From: Mycoplasmatales bacterium
GTDB lineage: Bacteria > Bacillota_I > Bacilli_A > CBDATW01
Reading direction: 5' to 3'
Assembly: GCA_965214965.1 (NCBI GenBank)
Contig: OZ244030.1
Span: 266,239 to 330,238 of the forward strand
DNA length: 64,000 bases
The notes under the pieces were generated by a model that was not told where the DNA came from, searched no databases, and was given only the letters and a program-made list of their open reading frames with translations. Position 1 is the stretch's first letter. The number at the start of each line of letters is the position of its first letter. Position numbers and translations under genes: made by a program. Shown here in pieces: positions 42,964 through 55,674 of the stretch.

Positions 42964-43407
42964 TTAAAGTGATTTATCTAGATCTAATACTTTTAGGCCG
43001 CATGCTTCTTCAAATTTGCGTTCAACGTGGTTGTCATAAGCAGTTAATTTGATTTCTACTGTAACAGCAACTTCTCCATGGAAAACATGAGCTAGAATTG
43101 GCACTAAATTGTTATTTTCATCTAATTTAGATCATGTTGCATGTGAATGGACTACTAAGTCTCCATCTAAAAACGAAATATTTCCGTTTATTGAAGTTAA
43201 TTCACATAAATCTTTTTCAAAAAATCTTACGTATTCACCATTCTCAAATATTCCGTATTCAAAGTTTCACATAGCTCCAATACCTGAAAATTCTGCAAAT
43301 TTAATTTCTTTTTCTTTACAGAATCGTAAAATTGAAGAATAAATTTCTTCGCCTTTTTCGATTCTTAGCATATATTCTGCTACTCTATTTAATTTAATTG
43401 ATTTCAT
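42964..43407 (-). CDS. PPC-domain (DUF296) protein
   Basis: 147 aa by hand translation: MKSIKLNRVAEYMLRIEKGEEI...GNISFLDGDLVVHSHATW...FHGEVAVTVEI, the pattern typical of PPC/DUF296. The + strand track ORF 43109-43342 is antisense. Confidence 0.7.
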
Positions 43408-43417
43408 ATTTATTTCT

Positions 43418-44800
43418 CTATTTTATAATTAGTTTTAATTTTGATTGTTTTTCTTTTGCTTTTTGCTTTTTAATTTGTTTAATATTTTCTTTGATTGCAG
43501 CTCTAACTTTCTTGCGTTTAATTTTCTGTATTTCTTTTTTCATTTTCTTTCGATAGCCAGGTTTAACTCCTTTTTTCTTCATTTTAGATTTTGTTAATGC
43601 AATAACTGCTAAAACCCCCGTATCTTCTTCTGATTTAGTTTTGTTTCCAAATTTAGGTATTCTAATTTTTTTCTCGACAACTTTATTTTCTTTAATTTCA
43701 CTATGTTTAAATGAAATGTTATAGGATGATATTTTATTAATAGCCTTACTATCATCAGTAGAATATAGCAAGTAAGAAAATCCAGTTTTTCCAGCTCTAC
43801 CAGTTCTACCTGCTCTGTGCACATAATATTCTGGATCAAAAGGTACTTGCACAGAGTAAACATGAGAAACATCTTTAATATCTATCCCTCTTGCAGCAAT
43901 ATCTGTTGAAACCAAAATGTTAAATTTTTTTTCTTTAACATTATTAATAATGTTTTTACGTATTCTGGCCTCTAGTTTTCCGTGTAACCCCACAACAGAT
44001 TTATTAATAATTTTGATTTTAGAAACCATTTTTTCAACTTCATCTTTATTATTTACAAATACAATAGCTAAGTATGGTTTTTGAATTTCAATTATTCTAG
44101 TAAGCAAATCCAACCTTTCTTTGTGTTTTGTATTCAAAAGATGATGCTCTACATTTTTATTGTTATATGATGCATTTTGTATTTCTATAACATTAATATC
44201 TTTTACAAATTTTTTAATATAGTCTTTTAGCACTTTAGGAATTGTAGCTGAAAACAACTGGAAACATGCTTTTTTAAGAGATGAAGTAATTGATCTAACT
44301 TCTTCAGAAAACCCTAAATCAAATACCATATCTGCTTCATCAATGACCAACGCTTTTACATGCTTCATGTTGAAAGCGTCATTCTTTATAAATATATCAT
44401 TAATTCTACCTGGAGTACCAATGATCATATCTGGAGTATTTTTTATATATTTATTAAAAGAAGATTGTTTATCCGTACCACCAACTGCTAATTGAATGTT
44501 TGAATTATTTGAAGAAAATTTCTGTAATTTTTTTGCTTCATCTCACACTTGCCTTGCTAGTTCTCTTGTCGGACATAAAATAATGTATTGTATTTTATTT
44601 TCAGCAAATATATTATTTATTATAGGTATTAAAAAAGAATGTGTTTTACCAGTTCCGGTTTGCGATACAACTATTAAGTTTTTAGACTTTAATGCCAAAG
44701 GTATAACTTTTTCTTGAACTTGTGTCATATCTTCAAAACCAATACTTTTAACAGCATTGAGTAAATTCTCTTGAATATTTAACTGGGAAAATTTTGCCAT
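43418..44800 (-). CDS. DEAD-box ATP-dependent RNA helicase
   Basis: SQTGTGKTHSF (motif I), VIDEADM (DEAD), SAT and HRAGRTGRAG, with a Lys-rich C-terminal tail. Confidence 0.9.
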
Positions 44801-44810
44801 AACAAACCCC

Positions 44811-45668
44811 TTATTTTTTTGGTAATTTTTGCGCGCCTAATTGACCTACTGATCATGAAGAGTTTTTAATTGCTTGTTTAATAGATTTATCTAGCGTCAT
44901 ATCGTTTACTAAGCAATATGCTAAAGTTGCAGAAAAAGTGTCTCCTGCTCCAATAGTTGAAAAAACTTTCTTTTTAACAGCTTTATATTTTTTTGTTGTA
45001 CCATCTTGTTTATATCAAGTCGCGCCTTCCCGACCCAAAGTTTGAATGATTTTGGTTTCAGTATTTTGGACCATTCAGTCAATTTCTTCTTTGGACATTT
45101 CATTTCTATTGGGCGTAATGTATTGGAACTGTGCAAATAATTTTTTATCAAATTTAATTTTGGGATCTGGGTTTAAGATAATTGGAATATTTAATTTATT
45201 ACAAATTTTAGCTAAATACTTTACTACTGATAGTGGAGTTTCTAATTGTGTTAAAACTAAATCTGCTTTTTTTATAAGATCTATATTATCATCAATATAT
45301 TTTTTTGTTAATTGAGTGTTTGCCCCTGGCGAAACAAAATATCTTGTTTTTTCTTTTATGTCTCTTATTGTAATTATTGATGTGGGTTTAGTTTTAGATT
45401 TTAAAACCCTTGATACATCTACACCTTGTGATTGTAATACACCCAATACTCAGGAACCCATTTCATCATTACCAACAACTCCTAGCATATAAGTTTTTGC
45501 TCCAAGTCACGATGAAACTGCAGCTTGGTTTGCCCCTTTACCTCCGGGCAAGATAAATGTATCCATTAATTCTGAACGAGGACAAACAGCCCCCTTATAT
45601 TTCTTTTTGGGTTTAATATTAAATATATCCACGTTAATTGATCCTACTACAATTATTTTGTTTGCCAT
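44811..45668 (-). CDS. PfkB-family sugar kinase (ribokinase-like)
   Basis: N-terminal VVGSINVD...GGKGANQA and C-terminal GAGDTF motifs. Translated by hand through several TGA codons to TAA 44811-44813. Confidence 0.8.
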
Positions 45669-45669
45669 A

Positions 45670-46431
45670 TTAAACCGCCTTTATGATATTTTTTCTTGGC
45701 ATATCAACAATCTCAATTGGAATATCTTTTTTTATTATTTCTTTAACTTTTTTTGCATATATACTTTCCATGTGGTGCCCAACCAACAGGAAATCTTGAT
45801 TTATTTCTTGGGCATGAAGCATCGAACTATGCTTAGTTTCCCCTGTTATTAATAAATCAACTTTATGTTTTTTAGATAAGTCAATAGTTTCTACACCGTG
45901 ACTGCCACTAGCTACCATTACAGAAGATATTTTATTTTTATTTGAATTTGTAATTAAAGAACCAATTTGAAATTCTTTTTTACACTTAGAAACAATAGAT
46001 TTAAAACTTACTGGTTTTTTAAAGAAACCAATTTGAACTAAATCTTTTTTCAGCCATTTAATTTTATCTGCTTTTAAAAGTTGTAAGTATCAACGATTTA
46101 AACCGTTTTTTGCTCCATCTACTGCTGTGTGAGGTGAATAATGTGTGATCTTGTTTTCCTTCAACCTTTGATAAATTCCATTAATAATTGGATTTGATTC
46201 TAAAATTTCTTTCTTAGTTCCATCTCAATACATAGGGTGGTGAGTAATTATCATATTACATTTTTTTGCAACTGCATAGTCAACTACTTTATTACTCATT
46301 TCAAAAGCTATTAAAAGTTTTGAAATATTTGTGTTAGCAGATCCTGAGCCGTATCCAATATAGTCCCAATCTAATGCATATTTTCTAGGAAAATGTTTAT
46401 ATATAATTTTTATAATGTCTTTTGCTTTCAT
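45670..46431 (-). CDS. Nif3-like dinuclear metal-centre protein (YqfO family)
   Basis: DWDYIGY...IITHHP N-terminus and the C-terminal GHHMES pattern. Conserved position next to trmK-sigA-dnaG. Confidence 0.82.
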
Positions 46432-47090
46432 TATTCATTTATAAATTTCTTCAAAATTTTAATTTCTTTAGAAATTTCTTCCCTTTTATTCTCTTCTTTT
46501 ATGTTATCAACAAATTGTTCTAAATGTTTTATTCTTTTAATTATTTTTCTATTATGAAGGTCTGATTTGTCTCTTTTTAAAATTGGCCCTATATAAACAT
46601 CAATATCCTCTTTAATTTTTTTACCTGTCTTTTCCACAGAAATTATTGTGTAAACAAACCCGTTATCTTCGATTAATATTTCATTTAGAATATTGAATTT
46701 ATGATTTTTAAGATATCTCCTTAAAATATACTCATTTTTTTGCGGTTGTAATATTAATTGTTTTTCTTTTAGATCATTTCTTTGAGATAATATTTTACAA
46801 ATAAGTTTGCCACCCATTCCAGCAATTGCTACTGCATCAAAATCTTCTTCGATATCTAAAAAACCATCAGATATTTTTGTTTCAATATTTAAGTCAGCTG
46901 TTTGCTTAATGTTTAATTTGCAAGACTCTAAAGGCTCTTTATTAATATCACTGGCAATTGCTTTTTTTACTTTACCATATTTTACTAAAAAGATAGATAG
47001 TCAGCAATGATCACAGCCTATTTCTAACAGTGTATTACAAGGTAATATCTGATCATAAACAGTTTGCAATCTTTTGGATAACTTGTTCAT
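46431..47090 (-). CDS. trmK: tRNA (adenine22-N1)-methyltransferase TrmK
   Basis: LLEIGCDHCWLSIFLV and ASDINKEP SAM-binding motifs. Classic trmK position downstream of sigA. Confidence 0.82.
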
Positions 47091-48607
47091 TACAGATTGA
47101 TTTTAACAAAATCATTAATTCTTTTTGCAATAGCTGGGCCTCTAAGTTTCTTTATTGCTTTGGCTTCGATTTGTCTAATTCTTTCTCGGGTTACACTTAA
47201 TTTGGTTCCGACTTCTTCCAATGTGTAATTTTTAGGATTTTTTAAATCGCTAGATGCAAGTCCGTTTTTCTTTGCGTATGGATGTAGAATTTCTGGTACA
47301 TGTAGTCCATATCTTAACGCAAGAACCAATGCTTCTCTTTCCTCAAGGCCTTCTAAAAGTTTCCCCATTTCTCTTTTTAGTGAGTCTTTTTCTGAATTTT
47401 CAGTAGGAGTATCAATAGTGCTGTCAGCAATGAAGTCCCCTAATGAAGAATCATTTTCCTCACCAACTGGTTTTTCAAGCGAAGTTATTGGCACATCAAT
47501 TTTTTTAATTTTATTTACCTTGTCAACATATTCTTTAATCAAAACTTTTCTTCTCTTTTCTGATCTTGCTCCTTCAATATCATCTTTACCAAGTTCTAAT
47601 GCTATTTCTTCGGCTGATGGTTCCCTTCCTAGCACCTGAATAAGCTGCCTTTGAATTTTATTAACTTTGTTAATAGTTTCAACCATGTGAACTGGAATTC
47701 TAATTGTTCTTGCTTGATCTGCAATAGATCTTGTGATAGCTTGCCTAATTCATCATGTAGCATATGTGGCAAATTTAAAACCTCTAGTATAATCATATTT
47801 GTCAACTGCTCTTACCAAACCAATATTTCCTTCTTGAATTAAATCAAGAAATGAAAGGCCACGGTTAACATATTTTTTAGCATTTGAAACAACCAATCTA
47901 AGGTTTGACTTAACAAAAACCATTTTTGCCTCTTGGTACATTTCCTCACCTTTTAAATATTTAGCTTTAGCATCCTTATATTTTTTAGTTGTTTTGGATT
48001 TTGAAGATTCCATTACTTTCATTGCTTCATGCATTAATAATTTGCCTTCTTCAAGAACTTTAGCCCATTTGTGCTCATTTTTAATAGATTTAAGCATACC
48101 AGACTTAGCAATTTCTTTCAGATATCTTTTAACAGGGTCTTCAATTTTAACTTTGTCAGATAGAGACATATCATGATCATAATATTTTTTATGGTTAGCA
48201 TCATCTTCATCTTCATCAATTTGATCTAATTGCGAGAACATAGCTTCTTCATCTAATTCTTCAGAAATTATTTTGATTTTTTTACTTTCCAAAAACTTTT
48301 GAAGTTTTTCTGATGACTTATCATCAATATCAAGCCTTTTAGTTGCGACCTCTATATCTTTAAATTCAAGTTTATTATCTTGTTTTTGAGCTAATCTTAA
48401 TAAGTTGTTTTTGATTTCTTTAAGTGTAGCAATTCCACCCTCTTTATCTGTATCTAAAGTATGCCCATCAACTTTTTTATCAGATGTAGCGGTTAAAATA
48501 GCTGCAATTGTTTTTGGTTTGGTTAATGATTTAATACCAAGTTTTTTAGCAATCTTAGCAATTTTGTCAACTTTCATTTTATTTAATTTTTCTTTTGTGT
48601 ATTTCAT
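47090..48607 (-). CDS. sigA: RNA polymerase sigma factor RpoD/SigA
   Basis: Region 2 ([33 protein letters not shown]) and region 4.2 ([28 protein letters not shown]). Confidence 0.93.
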
Positions 48608-48610
48608 ATT

Positions 48611-50344
48611 TTATCCTTTTTTAATACTGTGAATTTCTTGCAATATTTTGGCTTTTTCTATAGGTTCCTGAACTAATTCCATTTTTCTTTCAAGATCTTT
48701 TATTTTAACTTTAGCGCTGATAGAATTTTTGATCTTTTCTATTATGTCTTCTACTTCATTTTGGCTATATTCAATGTGTGAATCAAGTTTCATTATACTT
48801 GCATACTCATCATATACTTCTGGGACAGACTTGATCACCTGTGCAAAAGTATCTGTATTAAATTCTGAATTAGTTTCCCAATACTTAACTATGTAGCTGG
48901 CAAGCAGTTTTCTAATCTTAGTTGGTAAGAAATTTAATTTGGTTTTGTATAATTTACTGGCTTTCCTATCTTTTAGCATTAATAATAATATTTTTTGTTC
49001 TGACCTAATATTTTTTAGTTTAAATGTACCAGATTTATGAACTTTCTTTTCCATTTGTATTTTTATTTCTTGCTCAGGCTTATTATTTTCAATAATAATT
49101 CCCAGCTCCTCTTTAATAATATTTTTAAAAATATTAGCTTCTTCTTTACTTTTGTAATCTTGAATTAACCCTGTTACAAATTTTTTAAATTTAGTAACTT
49201 GCTCAATGTTATTTTTATCAATTTTTTGAACCGCATTGTCAACTAAATATTGAAATATTTTTTTTGATTCCTTTACTATGGATTGTAATTTATCTTCTCC
49301 AAGGTTTTGGTATATATCATAAACATCCATATTTTCAACAGACTCAACTATCTTGACTTCAAATCCGTATTTGACAGCTAATGATGCTATTTTAAGAGCG
49401 GCACTTTGTCCTGCTTGGTCAGAATCCATAAATATATTTAAAGTGTTTGTATACCTCTTTAAAGTTTTAATTTGATCAATTCCAAATGCTGTTCCCATTG
49501 TTGCTACTGCATTTTCAAAGCCAGCTTTATATAATCCGATAACATCCATAAAACCTTCACAAACAATAATTTCGTAATTTTGCAAAAGCACTTTTTTTGC
49601 ATTACTCAAATTATAAAGAATTTTGCTTTTGGTAAAAATTTTAGTTTCTGGTGAATTAGAATATTTTGCTCTTTTGTCTTCCGATTGATAAACTCTTCCT
49701 GAAAATGCTATTGTGTTATCTTCTTCATCGCTGATAGCAAAAGTAATTCTGTTAGTGAAGAAATCATAAAATTTATCATTTCTTAAAGAAAATAATCCTG
49801 AGTCAGCAATTTCAATTTCTTCATAATCTCATGTTTTTACCAATTTTAATAAATGATTATCATTTGGTGCAAAGCCAATTTTGAATTTTTCAATAATTTT
49901 ATTATCAATCCCTCTGCTCATTAAGTATTCATAAGCAGTTTTTCCTTTCTCACTTTTCAAACAAAGTGAAAAAAAATCATTAGCTTTGTTGTTGATTTCT
50001 ATTAATTTTAACTGATGATCAGTTTTTTGAGGTTTATTTTTTTGGTTATAGGTTTTAATATCAACATTCACATTTGCAATTTCAGCAATTTTTTTCAATG
50101 CTTCAATATTAGAAGAGTTATCCATATGCCTGACAAAACTAACTGCATTACCCGCGGCTCCACAAGAAAAGCATTTATAAATTTGCTTTTCTTGTGAAAT
50201 AGACATAGAAGGGTTCGAATCATTGTGAAATGGGCATACAGATCAAAAGTTCTTCCCTTTTTGGCTAACATCAATGTAATTTGAAACTATGTCAATAATA
50301 TTTACTTGTGACAATACTTGGTCAAATATAGAAATGTTATTCAT
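48611..50344 (-). CDS. dnaG: DNA primase
   Basis: Zinc finger CPFHNDSNPSMSIS...CFSCGAAGN and TOPRIM EGFMDV. Overlaps the glyQS stop by 8 nt. Confidence 0.9.
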
Positions 50345-51686
50345 TTATTTCAATGGCCTTTTGAATTTTTTCTAGCGCTTCGTCAATCCTTAGTGTTTCT
50401 TGCGTAGTATTATCTCTATATCTTATAGTTACAATATTATTTTCAAGTGTTTGATCATCAATAGTTATACAAAATGGTGTGCCGATTTTGTCTTGTTTCT
50501 TATATCTTTTACCAATAGTTCCAGTTTCCACAAATTTAGTATTAAATTTATCTGCAAAAGTTATATATATTTCTTTTGCTTTTTCTGAATGTAGTTTTTT
50601 TATTAGAGGCAGAATCGCAACCTTAATAGGAGCAATTGCTGGTTTAAGTTTAAGCATTTCTCTTTCACCATCATTTTTGTAAGATGAGATTAGTGTTGCT
50701 AACATTAATCTTTCCACACCAATTGAAGGTTCAATTACCGAAGGTATTATTTCTTGATTTGTCTCAATGCTTCTTATTGACTGTTTTTCTTCGGCGAATT
50801 TATTATGAGCCTCGATATCAAAAGTTCCGCGGTGTGCTATTCCACACAGTTCTTTAGTTCCAAATGGAAATTTAAATTCAAAGTCATACGTCTTAGAAGA
50901 ATAATGAGATAGTTCATCTTCTCCATGTGCTCTTTTTTCGACTAGTTGCGGATCAATTCCAACACTAAATAGAAAATCTTTTGTTTTAGACACATAGTAT
51001 TTAAACCAATCTGTTTTATCATTTTTAGCATCAAAAAAGAATTCTAATTCCATTTGCTCAAATTCTTTAGTCCTAAAAATAAAATTTCCTGGTGTAATTT
51101 CATTTCTAAATGATTTGCCTATTTGACCTATACCAAATGGAAGCCTTTGGTTTGAGGATTTTGCGATATTTGAGAAATTAATAAAAATACCTTGAGCTGT
51201 TTCCGGTCTTAGATATGCATTGTCATCAACACCTGTAATAGACATATCTAGTTTAAACATTAAATTAAAATTTCTAATATCAGTATAATTAAATTCACCA
51301 CATTTCGGGCAATTAATTTTGTTTTCCTTCATATACTCTTCAATTTTAGAAAATTCTCATCCTTCAACTAATTCCCCTGTTTTATCTTCTATTATTTTAT
51401 CAGCCCTATGTCTTGTCTTACATTTTTTGCAATCAACTAGAGGGTCAGAAAAATTATCCAAGTGTCCAGAAGCTTTTCAAACTTTAGGGGCTAAAATGAT
51501 TGAAGAGTCCAATCCTTCAATATTAGCATCCTTTTGAACAAATTCCTTTCATCAAAAATTTTTAATATTTCTTTTCATTTCCACACCCAAAGGTCCAAAA
51601 TCCCACGAGTTAGCCATGCCACCATAAATTTTTGATCCCTGATAAACGAATCCATTCTCTTTCAAAAATACTATTAGTTTTTCCAT
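50337..51686 (-). CDS. glyQS: glycine--tRNA ligase (homodimeric GlyQS type)
   Basis: [35 protein letters not shown]-terminus. Class II core [25 protein letters not shown]. Confidence 0.93.
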
Positions 51687-51900
51687 ATTTACCTCTCAAG
51701 TAAGTATGATATTACTCCACACAACTCCAAAAGTCAAGACACAATGAGTGTTTTAATTTTTATAAAAACACACATTTCTTTAGCCTCAAAGCAGTACCCA
51801 TGTTTCTTCATTTACTATCTGGTTTTATTACTAAATGTGTTTCTAAAATTATTTACCCTCTTCTACTTTATCTTTTACTATTTGTTTTAAACAATATTTA
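51687..51900 (-). promoter_or_regulatory. long structured 5' leader of glyQS (possible degenerate T-box)
   Basis: About 210 nt lie between a TTGATA/TAAAAT promoter (51907-51934) and the RBS. Contains AGTAGAAGAGGGTAAA, a GGGTACTGC segment (51791-51799) and a long-range AAACACATTT/AAATGTGTGTTT pairing followed by a U-run. Confidence 0.3.
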
Positions 51901-51945
51901 TTATAAATTTTAAATAGAACCTATTTCCTATCAAAAAAACATTTT

Positions 51946-51972
51946 ATAAAAAAACGGCTTATTCATAGCCGT
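51946..51972 (-). terminator. terminator after era
   Basis: Minus strand reads ACGGCT-ATGAATA-AGCCGT followed by TTTTTTT. Overlaps the era stop. Confidence 0.65.
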
Positions 51973-52843
51973 AAATTTTTATAATATCTTTTCCAGACTT
52001 TCACTTTTTTTTAACTTTAACAAATAACTTTAAATAAACATCTTTTTTAAGATGGAATTTAATTTTGTATCTGGAATTTTTTGAAATAGCAGAAATCATT
52101 TTACCTGCCCTACCAACAATGATTTTTTTATGAGAATTTCTTTCAACAAAAATTATGCCAGAAATAATTCACAGATCTTTTTTGCGATCAAATTTCATAG
52201 TTTCAATCATTGTAGCCACACCATGAGGGACTTCTTGCTCTGTTTTATGCAAGACCTGCTCTCTTATAAACTCAGCTAACAGGAATTCAGTTTCTTGGTC
52301 AACAATAGTATCATTATCAAAATACTGTGGCCCTTCAGGAATCATTTTAAGAACTTGTTCAATTAATACATCTATATTTTTACCTGTTTCAGCTGAAATT
52401 GGAATAACTTGATCTACTCCTTGTATTGAATTGAATTCGGTAAGTTTTTCTAACAACACTTCAGTCTTTAACAAATCAATTTTATTTACAACAAGAAATA
52501 CAGGCGTTTTTTTATTTTTAACAATTTCTAAAATTCTTTGGTCTCCTGCACCAAATTTTGAATTAGCTTCCACCATGAAAAGAATTAATTCACAATCTTT
52601 TATTGATTCCATCGCAGAAGAATTCATCATTTCTCCAAACTGCTCTTTTGGTTTGTGAATTCCTGGAGTATCAACAAAAACTAGTTGGTGGTCATCACCA
52701 TTAATTATCCCTCTAATGTTATTTCTTGTAGTTTGCACTTTACTCGATGTAATAGACACCTTAGAACCAATAATTTTATTTAAAAATGTTGATTTTCCTA
52801 CATTGGATCTACCGACTATAGAAATAAAACCCGACTTAAACAT
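51959..52843 (-). CDS. era: GTPase Era
   Basis: GRSNVGKST, DTPG and NKID motifs plus a C-terminal KH domain, reached through TGA 52169. Confidence 0.93.
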
Positions 52844-53231
52844 CTAGGTTTTCCTTTCCAAATGCAAATGGTAATAGTTCTGAAATAGTTATTTTAAATT
52901 CTTTTGAACCATTTGTAATGATTAAAGGAATATTTCCAGGAATGATTTCTGTTAGAACTTGCCTGCATATTCCACAAGGTGAGCAAAGAGCTTTCTCTTT
53001 ATTGTAAACAGTTACTGATTTTATATCTTTGGGTTTTAAATCACTAGAAAGTAATGTGCTTATAGCACTTCTTTCTGCACAAGTGGTAGCACCATATGAA
53101 GCATTTTCAATATTAGCTCCTTGTACAAAATATCCAGTATTCATTTCGATTGCACAACCTACTTGAAAGTTTGAATATGGTGCATAAGCTTTTAAAGAAG
53201 CCTCTTTAGCTTTTTCAATATGTTTTTTCAT
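52836..53231 (-). CDS. cdd: cytidine deaminase
   Basis: Zinc motifs CAERSA and PCGICRQ. Confidence 0.92.
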   Translation of the reverse strand: MKKHIEKAKEASLKAYAPYSNFQVGCAIEMNTGYFVQGANIENASYGATTCAERSAISTLLSSDLKPKDIKSVTVYNKEKALCSPCGICRQVLTEIIPGNIPLIITNGSKEFKITISELLPFAFGKENLDV

Positions 53232-53232
53232 T

Positions 53233-53694
53233 CTATCTCCTAATTCCTAGTTCATCCAAAATAAGTTTTTGCAAACCAAACATCTCTTCTTCTTCTTCTT
53301 TTGTTTTATGTACATATCCAAGAATATGAAGTAGTCCGTGCAAGAACAGAAAGCACATTTCTCTTCTTTGGCTATGATTATAATCTTTTGCTTGAGATTT
53401 CATTTTGTCCACAGAAATTATTATTTCTCCTAAACACAATGATTCTATATTAATTTTTTCAGTTCCTTCATCAAAAGCAAATGAAATTACATCAGTCGGT
53501 TTATTTTTAAATCTATATTCTTTGTTAATTTTATTAGAAATATTATTGTCAACAAAAACTACTGATATCTCTCTTGTATTTTGGATGTTTAATTCTTTAT
53601 ACAAACATTGCAAAATTGCACTAAAATCTGATTTAAATCTTGTGTAAGATCAATTCTTGTACAAATTTTTATACTGTATTGTATTTTTCTTCAT
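53233..53694 (-). CDS. ybeY: rRNA maturation endoribonuclease YbeY
   Basis: HGLLHILGYVH metal motif. Extended through TGA to ATG 53694. Confidence 0.9.
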
Positions 53695-53701
53695 AGAAAA
53701 A

Positions 53702-55489
53702 TTATAACACAATGTTTAATTGATTAATTTTAAGTTCAACATCATGGTCAACAATTAATATGGTTTTATCACGGTATGTTTTTAAAATATATTTATATAT
53801 TTTGTTTCTTACACCTAATACAACAGAAGACATAGCTTCATCCAGAACCAAAGCTTCAAAGTTTGTTTCTAAAGCTAACAAAACATTTCTTATTTGTCTT
53901 TGGCCATCAGAAACTTCTTTTTGACTTAAATTATATTTTTTAAGATTTATAAGATCAAAACTTTTATCTTTAGGTTTTTTAATTACATTTGTGGTAGAAG
54001 AAATATAAATTTTTCCTGGGTTTGTTTTTGAAAATAATCCACAAAATATTTTCAAATAAGTCGATTTACCAGATCCATTGTCTCCTGTTAATTGAAAATG
54101 ACCTTTAATACCTTCTAATTTATTAGTGTATTCATTTTTTCCGTCATAACTAATAGTGTTGTTATTTTCCTCAAAATATACAACAAAATCTATAAATTTA
54201 TTGTAAGAATCAATTTCAAGTTTGTAATTAAAGATATAACCTCATATTTTTACTAAATTTGTATATAGCATTGTTGCGATTGTAATAAGATAAATCCCAC
54301 TAGATATAGATATTTCCTTATGAATTATTCATATGAAAATATATGCAGATACTATCATGTTAAAAATATATGAAACAAATCCAAAACTTAATAAAACCCA
54401 GTTATTAAATCTCCCTTTTTTATAATTCAAACTAATATTACGGTTTAAATTAGCACTCATAATCTTTTCATATGAAGATTTTTCAAAACCTGAAGAAGTC
54501 TCTATGTTGTCAAATAATTGTAAAAAATTATTTGCAATAGAAATTTCGTTTGTCCTAACTTTTTCATTAGTTTTGAATGTTTTATCTCTAAACATAACTG
54601 TTAAAATACTTGAGAAAACAAATAATGATATTACCGGTATTATCACAATTTTATATTCTGAAACTAATATTATGATCGCTGCAATAGATAGCATAATTGC
54701 ATGTGCAAAATCTGTTTTAGATATTAAATTAAACTGTATAAAATTAACACCTTGCTCCAAAGCGTTGAAAACATGCATTTTAGTGAAATGGCATTTTAAT
54801 TTTGAGTTTTGATCAAGTAAGTAATTAAAAAAATATTGATAAATATCCGAAATTTTCTTCCACAATCTTTTATTTATAAAAATATTTTTTAAATAAGTCA
54901 CCACTAAAGTTATAAGACCAATGATAGCAAATATTAAAACTATTTCTTTTAATATAAAAATATTCTTACTTTCTACAGCAAATAATGCATATTTAAAGTA
55001 AAAACTAATTGCAAATATTAAAGATACCTCTAATATGTTCAATCCCATTAAAGAAATAAATTCCTTCTTATTGCTTTTAAATGGGAAGTTATTTTTTCAT
55101 TCAAATGGTTCCGTATACTCTATGTCAATTAATATAATTTCAGTATCAAGCTTATAATTCTTGATCTTACCTTTTGCAGGGTCAAAACATACAAAGTTAT
55201 TACCAATTCTTTTAATAACTATATAATGTAATCCATAATTTGCTTGAACCATTAAAATAAATAATTTATTTTCAGGTATTTCATTTTTTTGGGCATAGTA
55301 TATTTTGCTTTTCCAACCTAATTTATCTAACCCTGATTTAACTGCTTTTAGTGAGACCCCGTTATTATTAAAGTAAAAATAATCTTTAATTATTTTATCT
55401 GGAATATATTTTTTATATTTTTGATAATAAAAATATTGAAAAGCTCCAATAAAACATTCGTTCTTCATCTTTTTAATTGCTGATAACAT
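53702..55489 (-). CDS. peptidase-C39-domain ABC exporter (PCAT-like), 595 aa
   Basis: Track ORFs 55097-55489, 54329-55048 and 53702-54055 are one frame joined by TGA (junctions checked). N-terminal Cys12 (NECFIGAF), His88 (GLHYIVI) and Asp103 (CFDP). Multiple TM segments. NBD with GDNGSGKST, VSDGQRQ, LVLDEA and VDHD. Confidence 0.8.
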
Positions 55490-55674
55490 AATTACTTCCT
55501 CCTATTTCGTATATAGGCATAAAAACAAAATTTATTAAAAAAAAAGATCTTACTATCTTATTTTTTATTAATATCTTTATATTTAATATAATTAAATATC
55601 CACAAGAAGAATCTTAAGTGTTCAAAAATAACATTAGCAAAAGGCCAAATTCAAAACCATGCAGCAAATCACCT

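Noticed and set aside
51690-51812. 41-codon upstream ORF (MKKHGYCFEAKEMCVF...) ending just before the glyQS start
   Set aside because: It has no RBS. An open frame of this length has a chance probability of several percent per frame at this AT content. It is mentioned only within the leader finding.
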